Translations under genes and position numbers: made by a program
Source of the DNA: the human T2T-CHM13v2.0 reference genome, Homo sapiens
Strand: one strand, 5' to 3'
DNA: 64,000 nt
Assembly: GCF_009914755.1 (NCBI RefSeq)
Contig: NC_060942.1
Shown: piece after piece, positions 28,067 through 46,117 of the stretch
How the letters are laid out: each line of letters begins with the position of its first letter
Position numbering within the stretch: position 1 is the stretch's first letter
The notes under the pieces: model-generated
Seen by the model: only the letters and a program-made list of their open reading frames with translations
The model's database searches: none
Told to the model about the DNA's origin: nothing

Positions 28067-28608
28067 TGTGTCCAGAGTTGGTTCCTTCCAGCAGGTTTGT
28101 GGTCTCGCTGACTTCAAGAATGAAGCTGCAGACCTTCGTGGTGAGTGTTAGAGCTCTTACAGATGGCACGGACCCAAAGAGTGAGTGGTAGCAAGGTTTA
28201 CTGTGAAGAGCGATAGAACAAAGCTTCCACAGTGTGGAAGGGGACCCAAGTGGGTTGCTGCTGCTGGCTGGGGTGGCCAGCTTTTGTTCCCTTATTGGCC
28301 CCTCCCATGTTCCATTTCTGTCCTATCAGAGTGCCCTTTTTTCAATCTTCCCTGTGATTGGCCACTTTTAGGATCCTGCTGATTGGTGCATTTTACAGAG
28401 CACTGATTGGTGCATTTTACAAAACGCTGATTGGTGCATTTTACAGAGCGCTGATTGGTGATTTTTAGAATGCTCTTGCTGTCTGCAGAGTGCTGATTGA
28501 TGCGTTTTTACAGAGCACTGATGGTTGCATTTTACAATCCTCTTGTAAGACAGAAAAGTTCTCCAAGTCCGCACTCGACCCAGGAAGTCCAGCTGGCTTC
28601 ACCTCTCA
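28067..28608 (-). mobile_element. 5' LTR (LTR12-type)
   Basis: Minus strand starts TGAGAGGTGAAGCCAGCTGGAC and ends GGACACA; U3 has ~24-nt tandem repeats with CCAAT. Confidence 0.93.
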
Positions 28609-29314
28609 TTAGTACCTATAAATGCTTCATTTTTTCAACTGCATTGTAGTCCACTGTATTGACATAACATTGTTTTTTGACCACTTGCCTATTCGCAGGC
28701 GTTGATACTGTTTGCACTACTTTCTGCTGTTAAAAATGATGCTGTGATAAACATCTTTGCATGTGTATTTTTGTGCAGTTTGGAAACGTGGATTTTTATA
28801 GGATAAATTGCTAGAAGTGGAATTGTTGGTTCAAATGGTAATATTTCAATCGGCATTGCTAAATTTTACTCCCCAAAAATTGTTTAAATATGTAATCAAC
28901 AGTATTAATACTTAATTTTAGAAAACTACCCATGGAATCTAAGAAGTCATTTTTCAGACATTAATTAATGGTAAGAATATATGAGCATTGAAATTGAGGG
29001 GGAAGGTAGGATTTCAATATAGAGAAATGTAGGCTGGATGATAATACCAGTGTATGGGTTTGTTACTTACTGAATGACTATGTCTAAGAAGGCTCTTGTT
29101 ACCTTGTAGTAAACTAGGTATATGATACATAGTTGTCTAGAAAGTTCAGTCCGAGACCACAGAATAAGGCCTAGATGGTATGCCAATCAAGTTTGTAGAT
29201 AATAATGGGCTTGTAGGGTTGGCTTTTTGTGGAATGTAATAGAGTGTAGCAACATAGGAGAGAACATTGGTCCTGGAGTTTGAATCCCAGCTCTACCACT
29301 TGATAGCTTTGTAA

Positions 29315-32790
<3,476 letters not shown>

Positions 32791-34590
32791 GTGCTAACTA
32801 TATCCTGGATTCTACGCTAAGTGCCATAGATGCAGTAATAAATAGGGTAGATATTCTGTGGGTTTAGTTTTTGTCTAACAAACTTATTTTTGTAAAATAA
32901 TACATACATATAAAAAGACCAACAAATATGGAAAGTAAAAAGAAGAAAGTAAACATCACCTGAAATCTAACAACCTATCCTTAAAAAATGAAATTTAATA
33001 GAGATAAATAGAAGCTCAATTTTGGCAAATCAGCTGTGTAAATGGAAGATAGGGGAGATATACCATAACTAATAGCACGACCTGGGATATAAACTTCTTG
33101 ATTGCTTTAATTTTTTCTTTTATTTATTCAATTCAGGAAATGAGGGAAATTTAAGTGACTTTAAGCTCTTTGTAAGGAAAACTGTGACGTGAAAAATGGA
33201 AGAAATTTGGCCTCTAGTGCCTGAGGAAGGAAACAACTTAGCGTCTAAGTGTTTCCAGTCCTATGGAAATGAGAGTGGGCTTATTCTGTGTGGTTGCAGA
33301 AGGTACCCTCACATCTCTGGATATTAATGGGAGGCACGTTTGGTTCCATATTAAGGAAGGACTTATATTCGTGATCTGCTTGTGAAAGAGTGACACAAAG
33401 AAATCTGCGTTTTCCTAACCCTGGACTATTTGAAAAGAGGCTAAAAGGTGACTAGTGAGGCATTCTGTATATGTATTAAATTGTAATAGATGAATTCTAG
33501 CATCTTTAAGGCTCTTAGATTTGTAAGGATCTGCTATTTTTTCAGGGGCAGTATTTACAAATGCTGTGAATGTGGAGAAGTCAGAGAACTTCCATTCAGA
33601 TCAGCTTGACACCAAGAAATTGGCATTTTTGGATGTTGGGATGTAGCAGTTCACTGGGCTGAAGGGTAGAATATGTAAATCATGTACCAAGTAGAGAGTG
33701 GACACTGGACCACGATACACTTTAATATCTTAATATTTATAGAGGAACGGTGCTATGTAACCTAATATATGATTACATTCTGTCAATATGCTTGTAGAAT
33801 AAACAGGCCATTCTTTTATGATTGGAAAAAGTGAGTCTCAGATATTTATCAGGATTGGATTCAAAGAAACTTGGTCACTGGTCTTCAGAGAAGAGACTAA
33901 CATTCAGTTTCCCTTTGTTTTTAAGTGCTTTCTATTATATTATTGCTTCTCATTGGCATTGGGCCTTTGAGATAAATAATTGGTTAAGGTTGCAAAAGGA
34001 GTGTTTTGCATCTTGAAAACACTTTGGTCTGAAGATGAGCTGGTTATTTTATTCTCAGCATTGCCTGTCTACAGCTATTCTAATATTGCCTCCTACTGAT
34101 GTTTTGAGTACTTAGTTGAAGAAAAGTTTGAATTGTGGACCTCTTGGCATTAATAGCTACCTGCTCAAAAATTCAAAAATCCTCTCACATATATTGTCTC
34201 ATTTGGTTCCTTTAACAATCCAGTGAGGTAGGTCTGAGGTTTACCCATCCATGAACATGGATCTCTTTCCATTTATTTAGATCTTCTGTAATTACTTTCA
34301 ACATACGTTTTTCAACGTGTTTTTTACATGTTGAAAGTAATTAAAGTATGAAGACATTTCTTAGTTTTCATAGTGTTAGTTTTGTACTTTGTTAAATTTA
34401 TCCTTGAAGTATATTATTCTTTTTGGTGCTATTGTGAATAGAATCATTTTCTTAATTTCATTTATGGTTATTCATTGCAAGTGTATAAAAATACAGTTGA
34501 TTATTGAATATTGATCTTGTATCCTGCTACCATGCTAAATTGATTACTTCTAATAGTTTTTTAGAGGGTTCATTAGGATTTTCTATATAT

Positions 34591-35135
34591 AGTAGTTCCT
34601 CTTCCCTTATCTAATGGTTTCATTTACCCATGGTCAACTGCCTCCAAAAATATTAAGTGGAAAATTCCAGAAATAAACAATTTGTTTTAAATCGTGTGCC
34701 ATTCTGAGTATCGTGATGAAATCTCCCTCCATTCCACTGCATCCTGCCTGAAATGTGAATCATTCCTTTGTCCAGTGTATTGACACTCTGTACACTTACC
34801 TACCTATTAGTTACTTAGTAGCCCTCTTGACTGTTATAGTACACAGTATTACAGCGTTTGTGTTCAGGTAACCCTATTTTAATTAATAAGGGCCCCAAAG
34901 CTTACAAGAGTGGTGATGCTGGTGGCATATTTTTTTATTCTATTCTATTTTTATTTTTATTTATTATTTTATTAGTTATTTTATTTATTTATATATATTT
35001 TATTATTAGTTATTGTTGCCAGTATGTTACTGTGTGTAATTTATAAATTACATTTTATCATAGGTATGTATGTATAGAAAAAACATAATATGTGGGGTTC
35101 AGCACTGTCTGAGGTTTTAGGCATCCACTGAGATT
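34591..35135. mobile_element. Tigger-derived element (MER44-like)
   Basis: Starts TAGTAGTTCCTCTTCCCTTATC after a TA run; GTGGAAAATTCCAGAAATAAACAA motif; interrupts L1M. Confidence 0.6.
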
Positions 35136-36089
35136 GTGGAACCTTATGAGATCATGCCATCTGTAAATAATTTTACTCATTCCCTTCTGATTTGGATGCC
35201 TTTTATTTCATTTTCTTGCCCAGTTACCCTTGGTGGAATTCTGAATATAATGTTGAACAAAAGTAGTGATTGTAGGCATCCTTGTCTCATCCTTCATCTT
35301 AGATATCCTTGTCTTATTCCTGATCCTTGGGAGAAAATTCAGACTTTCACCAAAAGTATGATGTTATCTGTGGGTCTTCTGTAAATCCATTTATCAGGTT
35401 GAGAAAATTTCTGTTTCTCTTTTTTTGGGTCTTTTTATCTGAAAGAAAGGCTTGTTGAATTTTGTCAAATGCTTGTTCCGCATCTGTTGAGATGATCATG
35501 TGTTTTTTGTCTTTCATTCTATCGATAGGGTGTTTTATAGTAGTTAGTGTTTGGATACTAAACCACCCTTGTATTCTTGAGATAACTATCACTTGGTCAT
35601 GGTATATAACACATATAAAACATTGCTGGATTCAGTTTGCTAGTACTTGGTCAAGAATTTTTGTGTCTATATCCATAAGGGATATTGACCTGTGGTTTTC
35701 TTGTGATGTCCTTGTCTGTTTTTGGTATCGTTAATACTGACCTTATAGATTGAGTTGGGACGTGTTCCCTGCTTTTTTATTTTTTGGAATACTTTGTGAA
35801 GGATTAACATTAAATTTTCTTTTAAATATTTGGTAGAATTGACCAGTGAAGTCATCTGGACCTGCGCTTTTCTTACAGATCCTCTTTTGATTCAATATCT
35901 TCATTTCTTAAAGGCCTATTCAGGTTGTCTATTCTTTCTTGAGTCAATTTCAGTAGTTTATGTGTTTCTAGGAATTTGTTTCATCTAAATTGTCTAATTT
36001 ATTAGTTTATAATTGTTTCTAGTCTTCCCTTATAATCCTTATTTGTGTAAAACTTATGCCCCCCCACCCCCCCCATTTTATTTTGTTAA

Positions 36090-36395
<306 letters not shown>

Positions 36396-36508
36396 TGATT
36401 TTAATAGTTTGAGTCTTTCCTTTGTTCTTAGTCATTCTAGGTAAAGGTTTGTCAGTTTTGTTTATTTTTTTTTCCAAAGAACAATCTTTTGGTTTTGTTG
36501 ATTTTTCT

Positions 36509-38635
36509 TTTTTTTCTCTTTTAGTAAATTTTAGTTTTAATACAGAGTGAAAGAAAATAGAAACTTAATAGGCTAAAACAAGTCAGACACCCATTCTACA
36601 CAGATAAAAACCTTCACAAAGGTCAACTGAAGTAATCCGGAGCTGGAACTGAATTGTGCAGATTTTCAATGAAGTCATCAAAGTCATGTAACACAAAAAT
36701 CGATTACATTTACACACTCAGCAAGCCCTCTAAGAAATGTGCCCCAAGAAGCATTAACCTTTGTTTTGTGCCATCCCGAAGACTTGCACATTTTTTCAGA
36801 TAGCTTAACATTTTTAATAGAGTGTGTTTTCTACTGTGCGGTAATGCTTTGGTACTATTTATACAGGGTCTCGCCTGTCCTAGAGACGTGCCATTTCCCT
36901 AAGAGGAGCTTTGATTCTGCTTTAGAAGTTTTATATAAATTAAAATCTTTATCAAATATTAATATGAAGGGAGGCACAGGATGCAACATATATAGTCAAG
37001 TTACCTTTCTGTATATTTAGAAATTACTTTCTCCTCCAAGGGATTTGCAACAGAAAGCTCAGTCTGTCCTGCTTAATAATCAGTAGTACAGGTTTGAATC
37101 ATCAGAAGCTTGGCAAGACCTTAATATTTCAAAATTATTAACAGCTGCCTCTAGGGGCAAGTCCATGTTACTGAGTTATGACAAACTTACTATCATGAGG
37201 GAAAACAAGAGTAGCCAGCCACCTTAAAAAATGCCCCAACCACTGCTTCTCAATACAGAAAGACTGAAAACTACATACAGTTTATCATACAACAAATCCC
37301 ATCTCTGTCCCCTGAAATTCCCCTGGTTTCATTCATTAGAAGGGGATTAAAAAAAAAAGACTTAAAGAGCACTTTACAGCAGCATTAAGCTTTCCTATGA
37401 AATACTCAGCATCTTAAATATTATGTACAACTCTTTTTTTAGTAAGTTAGACACTGGCTTCAGAGTTTGTGGGACTGGGGGAAATCAACCCATTCAAAAC
37501 TACTCTAGAAATTGTCTTTTGGCAGAATAGCAGGTATCCAAGTTAAAAATAGGAGGGTCATTTGAGACCAGCCTGGCCAACGTGGTGAAACCCTGTCTCT
37601 ACTAAAACTAAAAAATTAGCTGGGTCTGGTGGTGGGCACCTATAAACCCAGCTACTTGGGAGGCTGAGGCAGGAGAATCACTTGAACCCGGGAGACGAAG
37701 TTGCAGTGAGCCAAGATCACGCCACTGCACTCCAGCCTGGACAACAAGAGCAAAACTCTGTCTCCAAAAAAAAAAAAAAAAAAAAAAGAGGGTCAGTTTG
37801 TTGCTTTGTGGTCTTCAAAATTTAGATAGTTTTTTTTGTTCCCCTTCTACATAAAAACCTCAGTCACCACTCCTGAGTGGAGATGGGCAGAGGCTGTGGC
37901 CCCTGCTCCTCTGGCTTCTCGGCAGCTGCTTTCTTATTGCTGCAGCAAGGCTTGAAGAGATGTGTGTCAATGAGAACTTCCCCAAAACGGCCTTTATAGA
38001 TGATCCCACAACATGTCTTCTGTCTTTTCTAGTATGTGAGATCTAAAAAGGAAACAACTGGTGTTCTGTTAGAACCAGAAGCCATCTCTGTATCTGAGCC
38101 GTCATCTGACTGGTTACTGTAACAAGGAGATTGAGCTGGGAGGCACTGGAGGTGGTACTGTGAGCATCAGAATTACGATGTTTAAATTCCTTCTGCAGTT
38201 TACTGATATGGTTGCTCTTTATCCTGTTCCCAGATAGAGTCACTTTCTTTGGTTTCAATGTAGTCTTTAGACTGGGTCCAGCCCTTGCATCTACCACATG
38301 ATTCCAGTTTTTTTTTTGATCCTGCTGGCAACTTCTTCCATCTTTTCACAAGCAGGACACAGGCATTGCAGATGTCTCCTGAAGGAGTCTCATGCAATCC
38401 AGAACAGCTGTGGAAGTCCTTTTCATAGCGTTTACTGTCAGTGAATCGAGAACTAGAGGACTTAGCTCTGCAAATACAGCAGCCCTCTATACTTCGGTAC
38501 ATCTTTGGCGTGTGAAAACCAAACATCTTTTCTTCTGGGCAAAAGTCTTCCAAAAGCAGCCGTTCCACGCGCAATAACGTCCCCGAGGTGCAGAGTGCAC
38601 GCCAGGCCAGTCCCCCTCAAGCACTCCCTACTCCA
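36509..38635 (-). pseudogene. SINHCAFP1: SINHCAF (FAM60A) processed pseudogene; paralog number recalled, not derived
   Basis: Intronless CDS 38526-37864 (MFGFHTPKMYRSIEGCCICRAKSSSSRF...LPISTQEW) with two frameshifts and a stop; 5' UTR, long 3' UTR, A tail; 17-bp TSD GTTTTGTTGATTTTTCT at 36492-36508 and 38636-38652; Alu inserted at ~37561-37788. Confidence 0.93.
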
Positions 38636-39055
38636 GTTTTGTTGATTTTTCTCAGTTGTTTTTCTATTCTCTATTTGCCCCTGCTCTTAATCTTTATTAT
38701 TTCTTTTCTTCTGCTTGCTTTAGTTTTCATTTTGCTCTTCTTTTTCCAGTGTCTTAAGGTAAAAGGTTGTTAGTGATTTGAGATATTTCTTCCTTTTTAA
38801 GACAGGCATTTATAGCTGTACATTTTTCTCTGAATATTGCTTTAGTTGCATCACATAGATTTTGGTATGCTGTATCTTCATTTTCATTCATCTCAAAAGT
38901 ATTTTCTAGTTTCCTTTATGATTTCTTCATTGACCCATTGGTTACTTAGAAGTGTGTTTATTATGCACATATTTGGGAGTTACCCCACTTTTTTTTTTTT
39001 TTTCTGTCACTGTTTTCTAATTTCATTCCATTGTAGGTGGAGACCATACATTGTA

Positions 39056-39137
39056 TTAGGTTGGTGCAAAAGTAATTGTGTTTTTTTTGCCATTACTTTC
39101 AATGGCGAAAACCGTGATTACTTTTGCACCAACCTAA
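39056..39137. mobile_element. MADE1 (Hsmar1-derived MITE)
   Basis: TIRs TTAGGTTGGTGCAAAAGTAAT ... ATTACTTTTGCACCAACCTAA; TA duplication at 39054-39055 and 39138-39139. Confidence 0.92.
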
Positions 39138-40007
39138 TATAATTTCAATTTTTGAAAGTTTATTGAGGTTTGTTTTGTGTCCTAGTATATGGTCTGTCTT
39201 GGAGAATGTTTCGCATACACTTAAGAATGCTATTGTTGTTAGGTGAAGTACTCCATAGATCTGAGTTAGGTTTAGTTGGTTTATAGTTTTTTCAAGTGGT
39301 TGATTTCCTTGCTGCTTTTCTGTTTAGTTCTATTCTTCATTGAAAGTGGGGTATTGCAGTGTCCGAGCAATTGTTGAATTATTTTTCCTTTTATCACTTT
39401 TTGCTTCATGTATTTTAGGCTCTGTGTGTGAGGTATATGTGCTTAAAATGTTACATCGTGTTGATCTGTTAGCCCCATCATTACAAAATGCCCTTCTTTA
39501 TCTCTTGTTTAAAGTCTATTTTGATATTAGTATGGCCACTACAGCTTTCTTGTGGTTCTGTTTGTATGATGTCTTTTATTTTCAACTCTTTTATATCTTT
39601 GAGTCTAATGTATATCTCTTGTAAGGAGCATATAGTTGAATTTTGTTTTTTATCCAACCTAGCACTTTCTCCCTTTTGACTGGATTATTTTGTACATTCA
39701 CATTTGCATTTAATGTTGTTATATATATATAGTTGGACTTAGCCTGCCATTTACTTTTGTTTCCTATATGTTTCTTTTACTTTTTCCTCTATACTTTTCC
39801 TGCTTTCTTTTGTATTAAGCAAATATTTTCTAGGGTAACACTTATCCTTTGTAATTTTTTCAACATGTTTTTGAGTGTTTTTCTTAGAGGTTGCTTTAGG
39901 GCTTACAATATGAACCTCATTGGAATCTCCTTCATGTGTATATTAACTTATTTCAGTGAGACAGAGAAGCCCTTTCTTTTATATAGTTCATTTCTGGCTT
40001 TCCTCTG

Positions 40008-40008
40008 C

Positions 40009-40042
<34 letters not shown>
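40008..40042. repeat. (TG)n microsatellite
   Basis: Direct reading of the sequence. Confidence 0.9.
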
Positions 40043-40045
<3 letters not shown>

Positions 40046-40303
40046 TATTGCTTTATACCTTGCATCTAGTTATATTACAAACCCAACAATTATTATGTTA
40101 CATAATTTTATGTCTTTTAAAGAAGCTGAGGCTGGGTGTGGTGGCTCATGCCTGTAATCCCAGCACTTTGGGAGGCCGAGGCAGGCAGATCACGAGGTCA
40201 GGAGACTGAGACCATCCTGGCCAACATGGTGAAACACCGTCTCTACTAAAAATACAAAAATTAGCTGGGCGTGGTGGCATGTGCCTGTAATCCCAGCTAC
40301 TCA

Positions 40304-40456
<153 letters not shown>

Positions 40457-41444
40457 TCATTTGTTATATTACCTTATTTGTCTTTTCTGGATTTTCTTCA
40501 TTTGTTCCTTTGCTTCTGAGCTACCATCTGAAGTACCTTTAGTACAATACAGCTTTGCTTCCACCCATTTCCTCTGTGCTTCTATTTGTAAAAATTTTAC
40601 ATTCCTGTATGTTAAATTTCCAAAGACGTAATTCTATATATATTGTTCTATACAATAGTTTTTAAAAACCAGTTATGAAAGAAGAAGTAATAATACATTT
40701 ATACTGCCAAATTACATAATTACCAGTGCTCTTTGTTTTTTCCACGTGAATTTGAATTACTGCCTTGGTCACTTGTTTTCAGCCTGAAGAACTTCATTTA
40801 GTGTTTTTTGTATGGAGTATCTGCTACTAATGAATCTTCTCAGTTTAAATTAAAAAAAAATTTTTTTTAGAGACAAGGTCTTGCTCTGTTGGCTGTGCTG
40901 GAGTGCTGTGGTGTGATTATAGCTCACTGCAACCTTGAATTCTTGGGCTTGAGTGATCCACCTCAACCTCTCCAGTAGCTGGGATTACAGGTGTGCGCCA
41001 CCACACTGGGCTACTTTTAATTTTTTTTTTTTTTTTTTAGAGATGGGGTCTTGCTTTGTTGTCCAGTCTGGTCTCAAACTCTTGGACTTAAGCAGTCCTC
41101 CTGCTTCAGCCTTCCAAAGTGCTGGGATTACAAGTCACTGTGCCAGCCTGTTTTTAAATTTTAAATGTCTTTGCCTTCCTTTTTTCTTTGTTTTTGAACA
41201 TTTTTACTACCATGTGTCTTGGCGTGGGGATCTCTTTGCGTTTAGCTTACTTGGGGTTTCTTGAGCTACTTTGATGTCTGGATTATTTTCCTCCAAATTT
41301 GGGAAGCTTTCAGCTGTTATTTCTTTGATTTTTTTTTTTTTCTGTTCCTTTCTCTCTCCCCTCTCTTTCTGGTACTAACATTATGCCTATGTTGGTGTCT
41401 TTAATGGTGTTCCATGTTTTCTGAGAATCTGTTTATTTTTCTTC

Positions 41445-42796
41445 TTTTTTTTTTATTATACTTTACGTTCTAGGGTACATGTACACAACATGCAGGTTTG
41501 TTACATATGTATACATGTGCCATGTTGGTGTGCTGCACCCATTAACTCATCATTTACATTAGGTATATCTCCTAATGCATCCCTCCCCCCTCCTCCCACC
41601 CCGCGACAGGCCCCAGTGTGTGATGTTCCCCACCCTGTGTCCAAGTGTTCTCATTGTTCAATTCCCACCTATGAGTGAGAACATGTGGTGTTTGGTTTTT
41701 TGTCCTTACAATAGTTTGCTGAGAATGATGGTTTCCAGCTTCATCCATGTCCCTACAAAGGACATGAGCTCATCCTTTTTTATGGCTGCATAGTATTCCA
41801 TAGTGTATATGTGCCACATTTTCTTAATCCAGTCTATCATTGATGGACATTTGGGTTGGTTCCAAGTCTTTGCTATTGTGAATAGTGCCGCAGTAAACAC
41901 ACATGTGCGTGTGTCTTTATAGCAGCATGATTTATAATCCTTTGGGTATATACCCAGTAATGGGATGGCTGGGTCAAATGGTATTTCTAGTTCTAGATCC
42001 TTGAGGAATTGCCACACTGTCTTCCACAATGGTTGAATTAGTTTACATTCCCACCAACAGTGTAAAAGTGTGCCTATTTCTCCACATCCTCTCCAGCACC
42101 TGTTGTTTCCTGACTTTTTAATGATTGCCATTCTAACTGGTGTGAGATGGTATCTCATTGTGGTTTCGATTTGCATTTGTCTGATGGCCAGTGATGATGA
42201 GCATTTTTTCATGTGTCTTTTGGCTGCATAAATGTCTTCTTTTGAGAAGTGTCTGTTCATATCCTTCACCCACTTTTTGATGGGGTTTGTTTTTTTCTTG
42301 TAAATTTGTTTGAGTTCTCTGTAGATTCTGGATATTAGCCCTTTGTCAGATGGGTAGATTGCAAAAATTTTCTCCCATTCTGTAGGTTGCCTGTTCACTC
42401 TGATGGTAGTTTCTTTTGCTGTGCAGAAGCTCTTTAGTTTAATAAGATCCCATTTGTCAATTTTGTCTTTTGTTGCCATTGCTTTTGGTGTTTTAGACAT
42501 GAAGTCCTTGCCCATGCCTATGTCCTGAATGGTATTGCCTAGGTTTTCTTCTAGGGTTTTTCTGGTTTTAGGTCTGACATTTAAGTCTTTAATCCATCTT
42601 GAATTAAGTTTTGTATAAGGTATAAGGAAGGGATCCAGTTTCAGCTTTCTACATATGGCTAGACAGTTTTCCCAGCACCATTTGTTAAATAGGGGCTCCT
42701 TTCCCCATTTCTTGTTTTTGTCAGGTTTGTCAGAGATCAGATGGTTGTAGATGTGTGGTACTATTTCTGAGGGCTCTGTTCTGTTCCATTGGTCTA
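41445..42796 (-). mobile_element. 5'-truncated L1PA (ORF2 3' end plus 3' UTR)
   Basis: ORF 41706-42809 is ORF2 C-terminus; A tail at ~41445; near-perfect TSD TATTTTTC(T/A)TC at 41434-41444 and 42797-42807. Confidence 0.93.
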
Positions 42797-43330
42797 TATT
42801 TTTCATCATTCTTTTTGTTCTTTGGATTACATAATTTCTACAGATTTATCTCCAAGTTTGCTGATCTTTCTTTTGCCAGTTTAGGTTTACTTTTGAATCT
42901 CTTGTGAATTTGTTACTGTAATGACAGAAGTTCCGTTTTTTAAAAATAATATCTATCTCTAGTGATATTCTAGATGTATCACACCTTTCTTCTTTAAGTA
43001 TGGTTCCTTTTATTCCTTTGAACATACTTGTAATTGTTACTCTGACATTTATTAAATCTGACATCTAATCTGTCTCACAGGTGGTTTCTGTTGCCTGCTT
43101 TTCCCTCTGTGTTTATGTCACACTTTTCTGTTTCTTTACATGTCATAGCTTGTTGTTAACTATAGTGTAGCAACTCTTAATACTGGTCCCCACTCCTTGG
43201 GTGTGTTACTGTTTTTTGATTTTTAAAAAAGGTCTGGCTAGACTGTTTTAGTGAGGTCTCCTTTTGCTACAATAAGCAGCTGCTGATGTTACTTTTTAGA
43301 GGGCACATCCTTGAACATGAGCACTGTCAT

Positions 43331-43655
<325 letters not shown>

Positions 43656-46117
43656 TCATCTTTAGCAGGACTCTGTCTCTGCCTCATCTCTCTGTTAAGC
43701 TGTCTGCTTATGCTGGTATCACAGCTGGCTGTTAGGATCCACTCATTGCCAGCTGATTGCCCTATTGTTTTCAACAATGCCCTAGAGCCTAACTTGTTCC
43801 ACAGTCTGATCCAATTAAATTTGGGCTCCTTTACAGAGATAATTTTTTAGGCCAGTGTTTGAGGTTTGTTCTGACCCAAGGAGGACCCTTCTTAGTTGTC
43901 TCTTTGGTTTTCTTTGGTAAACTAGTAGACTTATGGTTTAGCTTGTATCTCTCATGAAGCTACCAGCCTCGTCTTAATTGCTACTTTGTATTTGAGGGTG
44001 CCTTTAGCCTTGAACTTCTCCACTCTGTTTAACGTAAAGACATTTCATTTAGGGAGATATTGGGAGCAGAGGTCGGGACTGTGGCTTTCTTCTCTCTGAG
44101 TGATATCCCTGCTCTAGGAACAAGGTACTGGGTGTGGGCAGTACTCAGGTCTTTTCTGCTCACCTCTCCCAACATGGAACACCTCCAGCCTGTGAAAGAG
44201 CTGGGGTGAGACACTTGAGGTCCAAGTGTTCCCAGTGTGCTCTCCTTGAAGTACAGATTTCCTTTTATGAATGGGAATGGGTGAAAGAAGGGAGACTTGA
44301 ACCCTAAGATGCACCTGTCTCAAGTTTATCCTCTTCAATATGTAGCTGGGATGGGGGGTGAGGATTGGGGGTAGATGAGAAATGCAAGTGACTTCCTCCT
44401 CCCGGGAAGATACCATAGCCTTAGATTGGGAGGTTAGGAGAGAGGGAGCCCTGTCTTCTTGGCCACACTCCCTGGAATGGAATTTCTGTCATGTTGAGCT
44501 GAGAAGGGAAAGAGAGGGGAGTTGGTTGCAGCAAATGCCACATATTCTTGCTATTCTTACTGAGTTTTAGCAGATCTCCAATAACTGTAGTCATTTTCTG
44601 CATGCCTTAGGACAGTTTCCAAACACTTTTTTTTTTTTTTGAGACAGAATCTCTCTGTGTTGCCCAGGCTGGAGTGCAGTGACGCGATCTCGGCTTACTG
44701 TAACCACCACCTCCCAGTTTCAAGCGATTCTTGTGCTTCAGCCTCCTGAGTTACTACTCAGGATTACAGGTGCCTGCCACCACCCTCCACTAATTTTTGT
44801 ATTTTTTTAGTAGAGACGGGGATTCACCCTGTTGGCCAGGCTTGTCTCAAACTCCTGGCCTCAAGTGATCTGCCTGCCTTGGCCTCCCAAAGTGCTGGGT
44901 TTACAAGTGTGAGCTACCATACCTGACCGGTTTCCAAAAACTTTGAATGATTGTTTTATAAAAATAATTTTCACCAGTTATGCCTATTTTACTGGGGAAC
45001 AGAGTTGTAGAGATCCTCTTGCCACCATTCTGAAAGTGGAACTCCAGCTGTGAATATTTTTGTCTGTGCCTCCTTTTGACACAAAAGACTTTTTTTTTTT
45101 TAAAAGATTTTATTTAGAGACAGTGTTGTGCTCTGTCACCTAGGCGGAAGTGCAGTGGCACCATCATAGCTCACTACAGCCTTGAACTTTTGGGCTCAAG
45201 TGAGCCTCCCACCTCAGTCTCTTGAGTAGCTCGGACTACAGGCACATGCCCACTGCATTTGGCTAATTAAAAAATTGGTTTTGTAGAGACAGGGTCTCAC
45301 TTTGTTGCTGAGGGTAGTCTCAAACCCCAGGTCTCAAGAGATCCTCCTGCCTTAGCCTGCCAAAGTGTTGGGATTACAGGCGTGAGCCACCATGCCTGGC
45401 CAATAATTACTTTAGGTTAGAAATACTGAGTTACAGGATATGCAAATGGAAATAAATTTGATGTAAAGTTGAAGAAAGTAGTTGTACTAAATTGTACTAC
45501 CACCACCAAGATGTTAGAATTCCGTTGATACACGTTTCTCTAACCCTTGGTATTGTCATTGGTCATCTTAATCTTTGCTTGTCTATGTAGATATGAAGTG
45601 ATATTTCACTGTGGTCTTAATTTACCTTTCCTTGTCCTTGGCCTCTGTGTTTCTTTTGTGCATTTTGGATACTCATCCTTTGAATATATGTGAACCAAAA
45701 TTTTGCTTCATTTTGTGGCGTGTCCTATTACCTGATGGTGTCTTTTGCTGAATAACAGTTTTTACTTTTAATGTAGTTGAGTTTATTGAACTTTAAGAAA
45801 TTCTTCCCTATCCCAAGTTCAGAAAGCCCTTTCTTTCTTTCGCTCTTTCTCTCTTTCTCTCTCTCTCTCTTTTTTGAGACAGGGTCTTGCTCTGTGTCCC
45901 AGGCTGGAGTGTAGATGCGATCATAGCTCATTGCAGCCTCGAGCTTGTGGGCTCAAGCTGTCCTCCTGCCTCAGCAGTTGTCCCAAGTAGCTGGGACTAC
46001 GGGCTACAGGCATGCAGAAAGATAATTTTCTACATTGTCTAAGAGTTTAAAAATTTTTGCCTTTTACTTTTATATTCTTAATACACCTGGTTTTTGTGAA
46101 TGTGTGTGAAATAGGCA

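Noticed and set aside
41706-42809. 367-aa ORF as a possible gene
   Set aside because: C-terminal L1 ORF2 in a 5'-truncated copy with no promoter; start comes from flanking sequence
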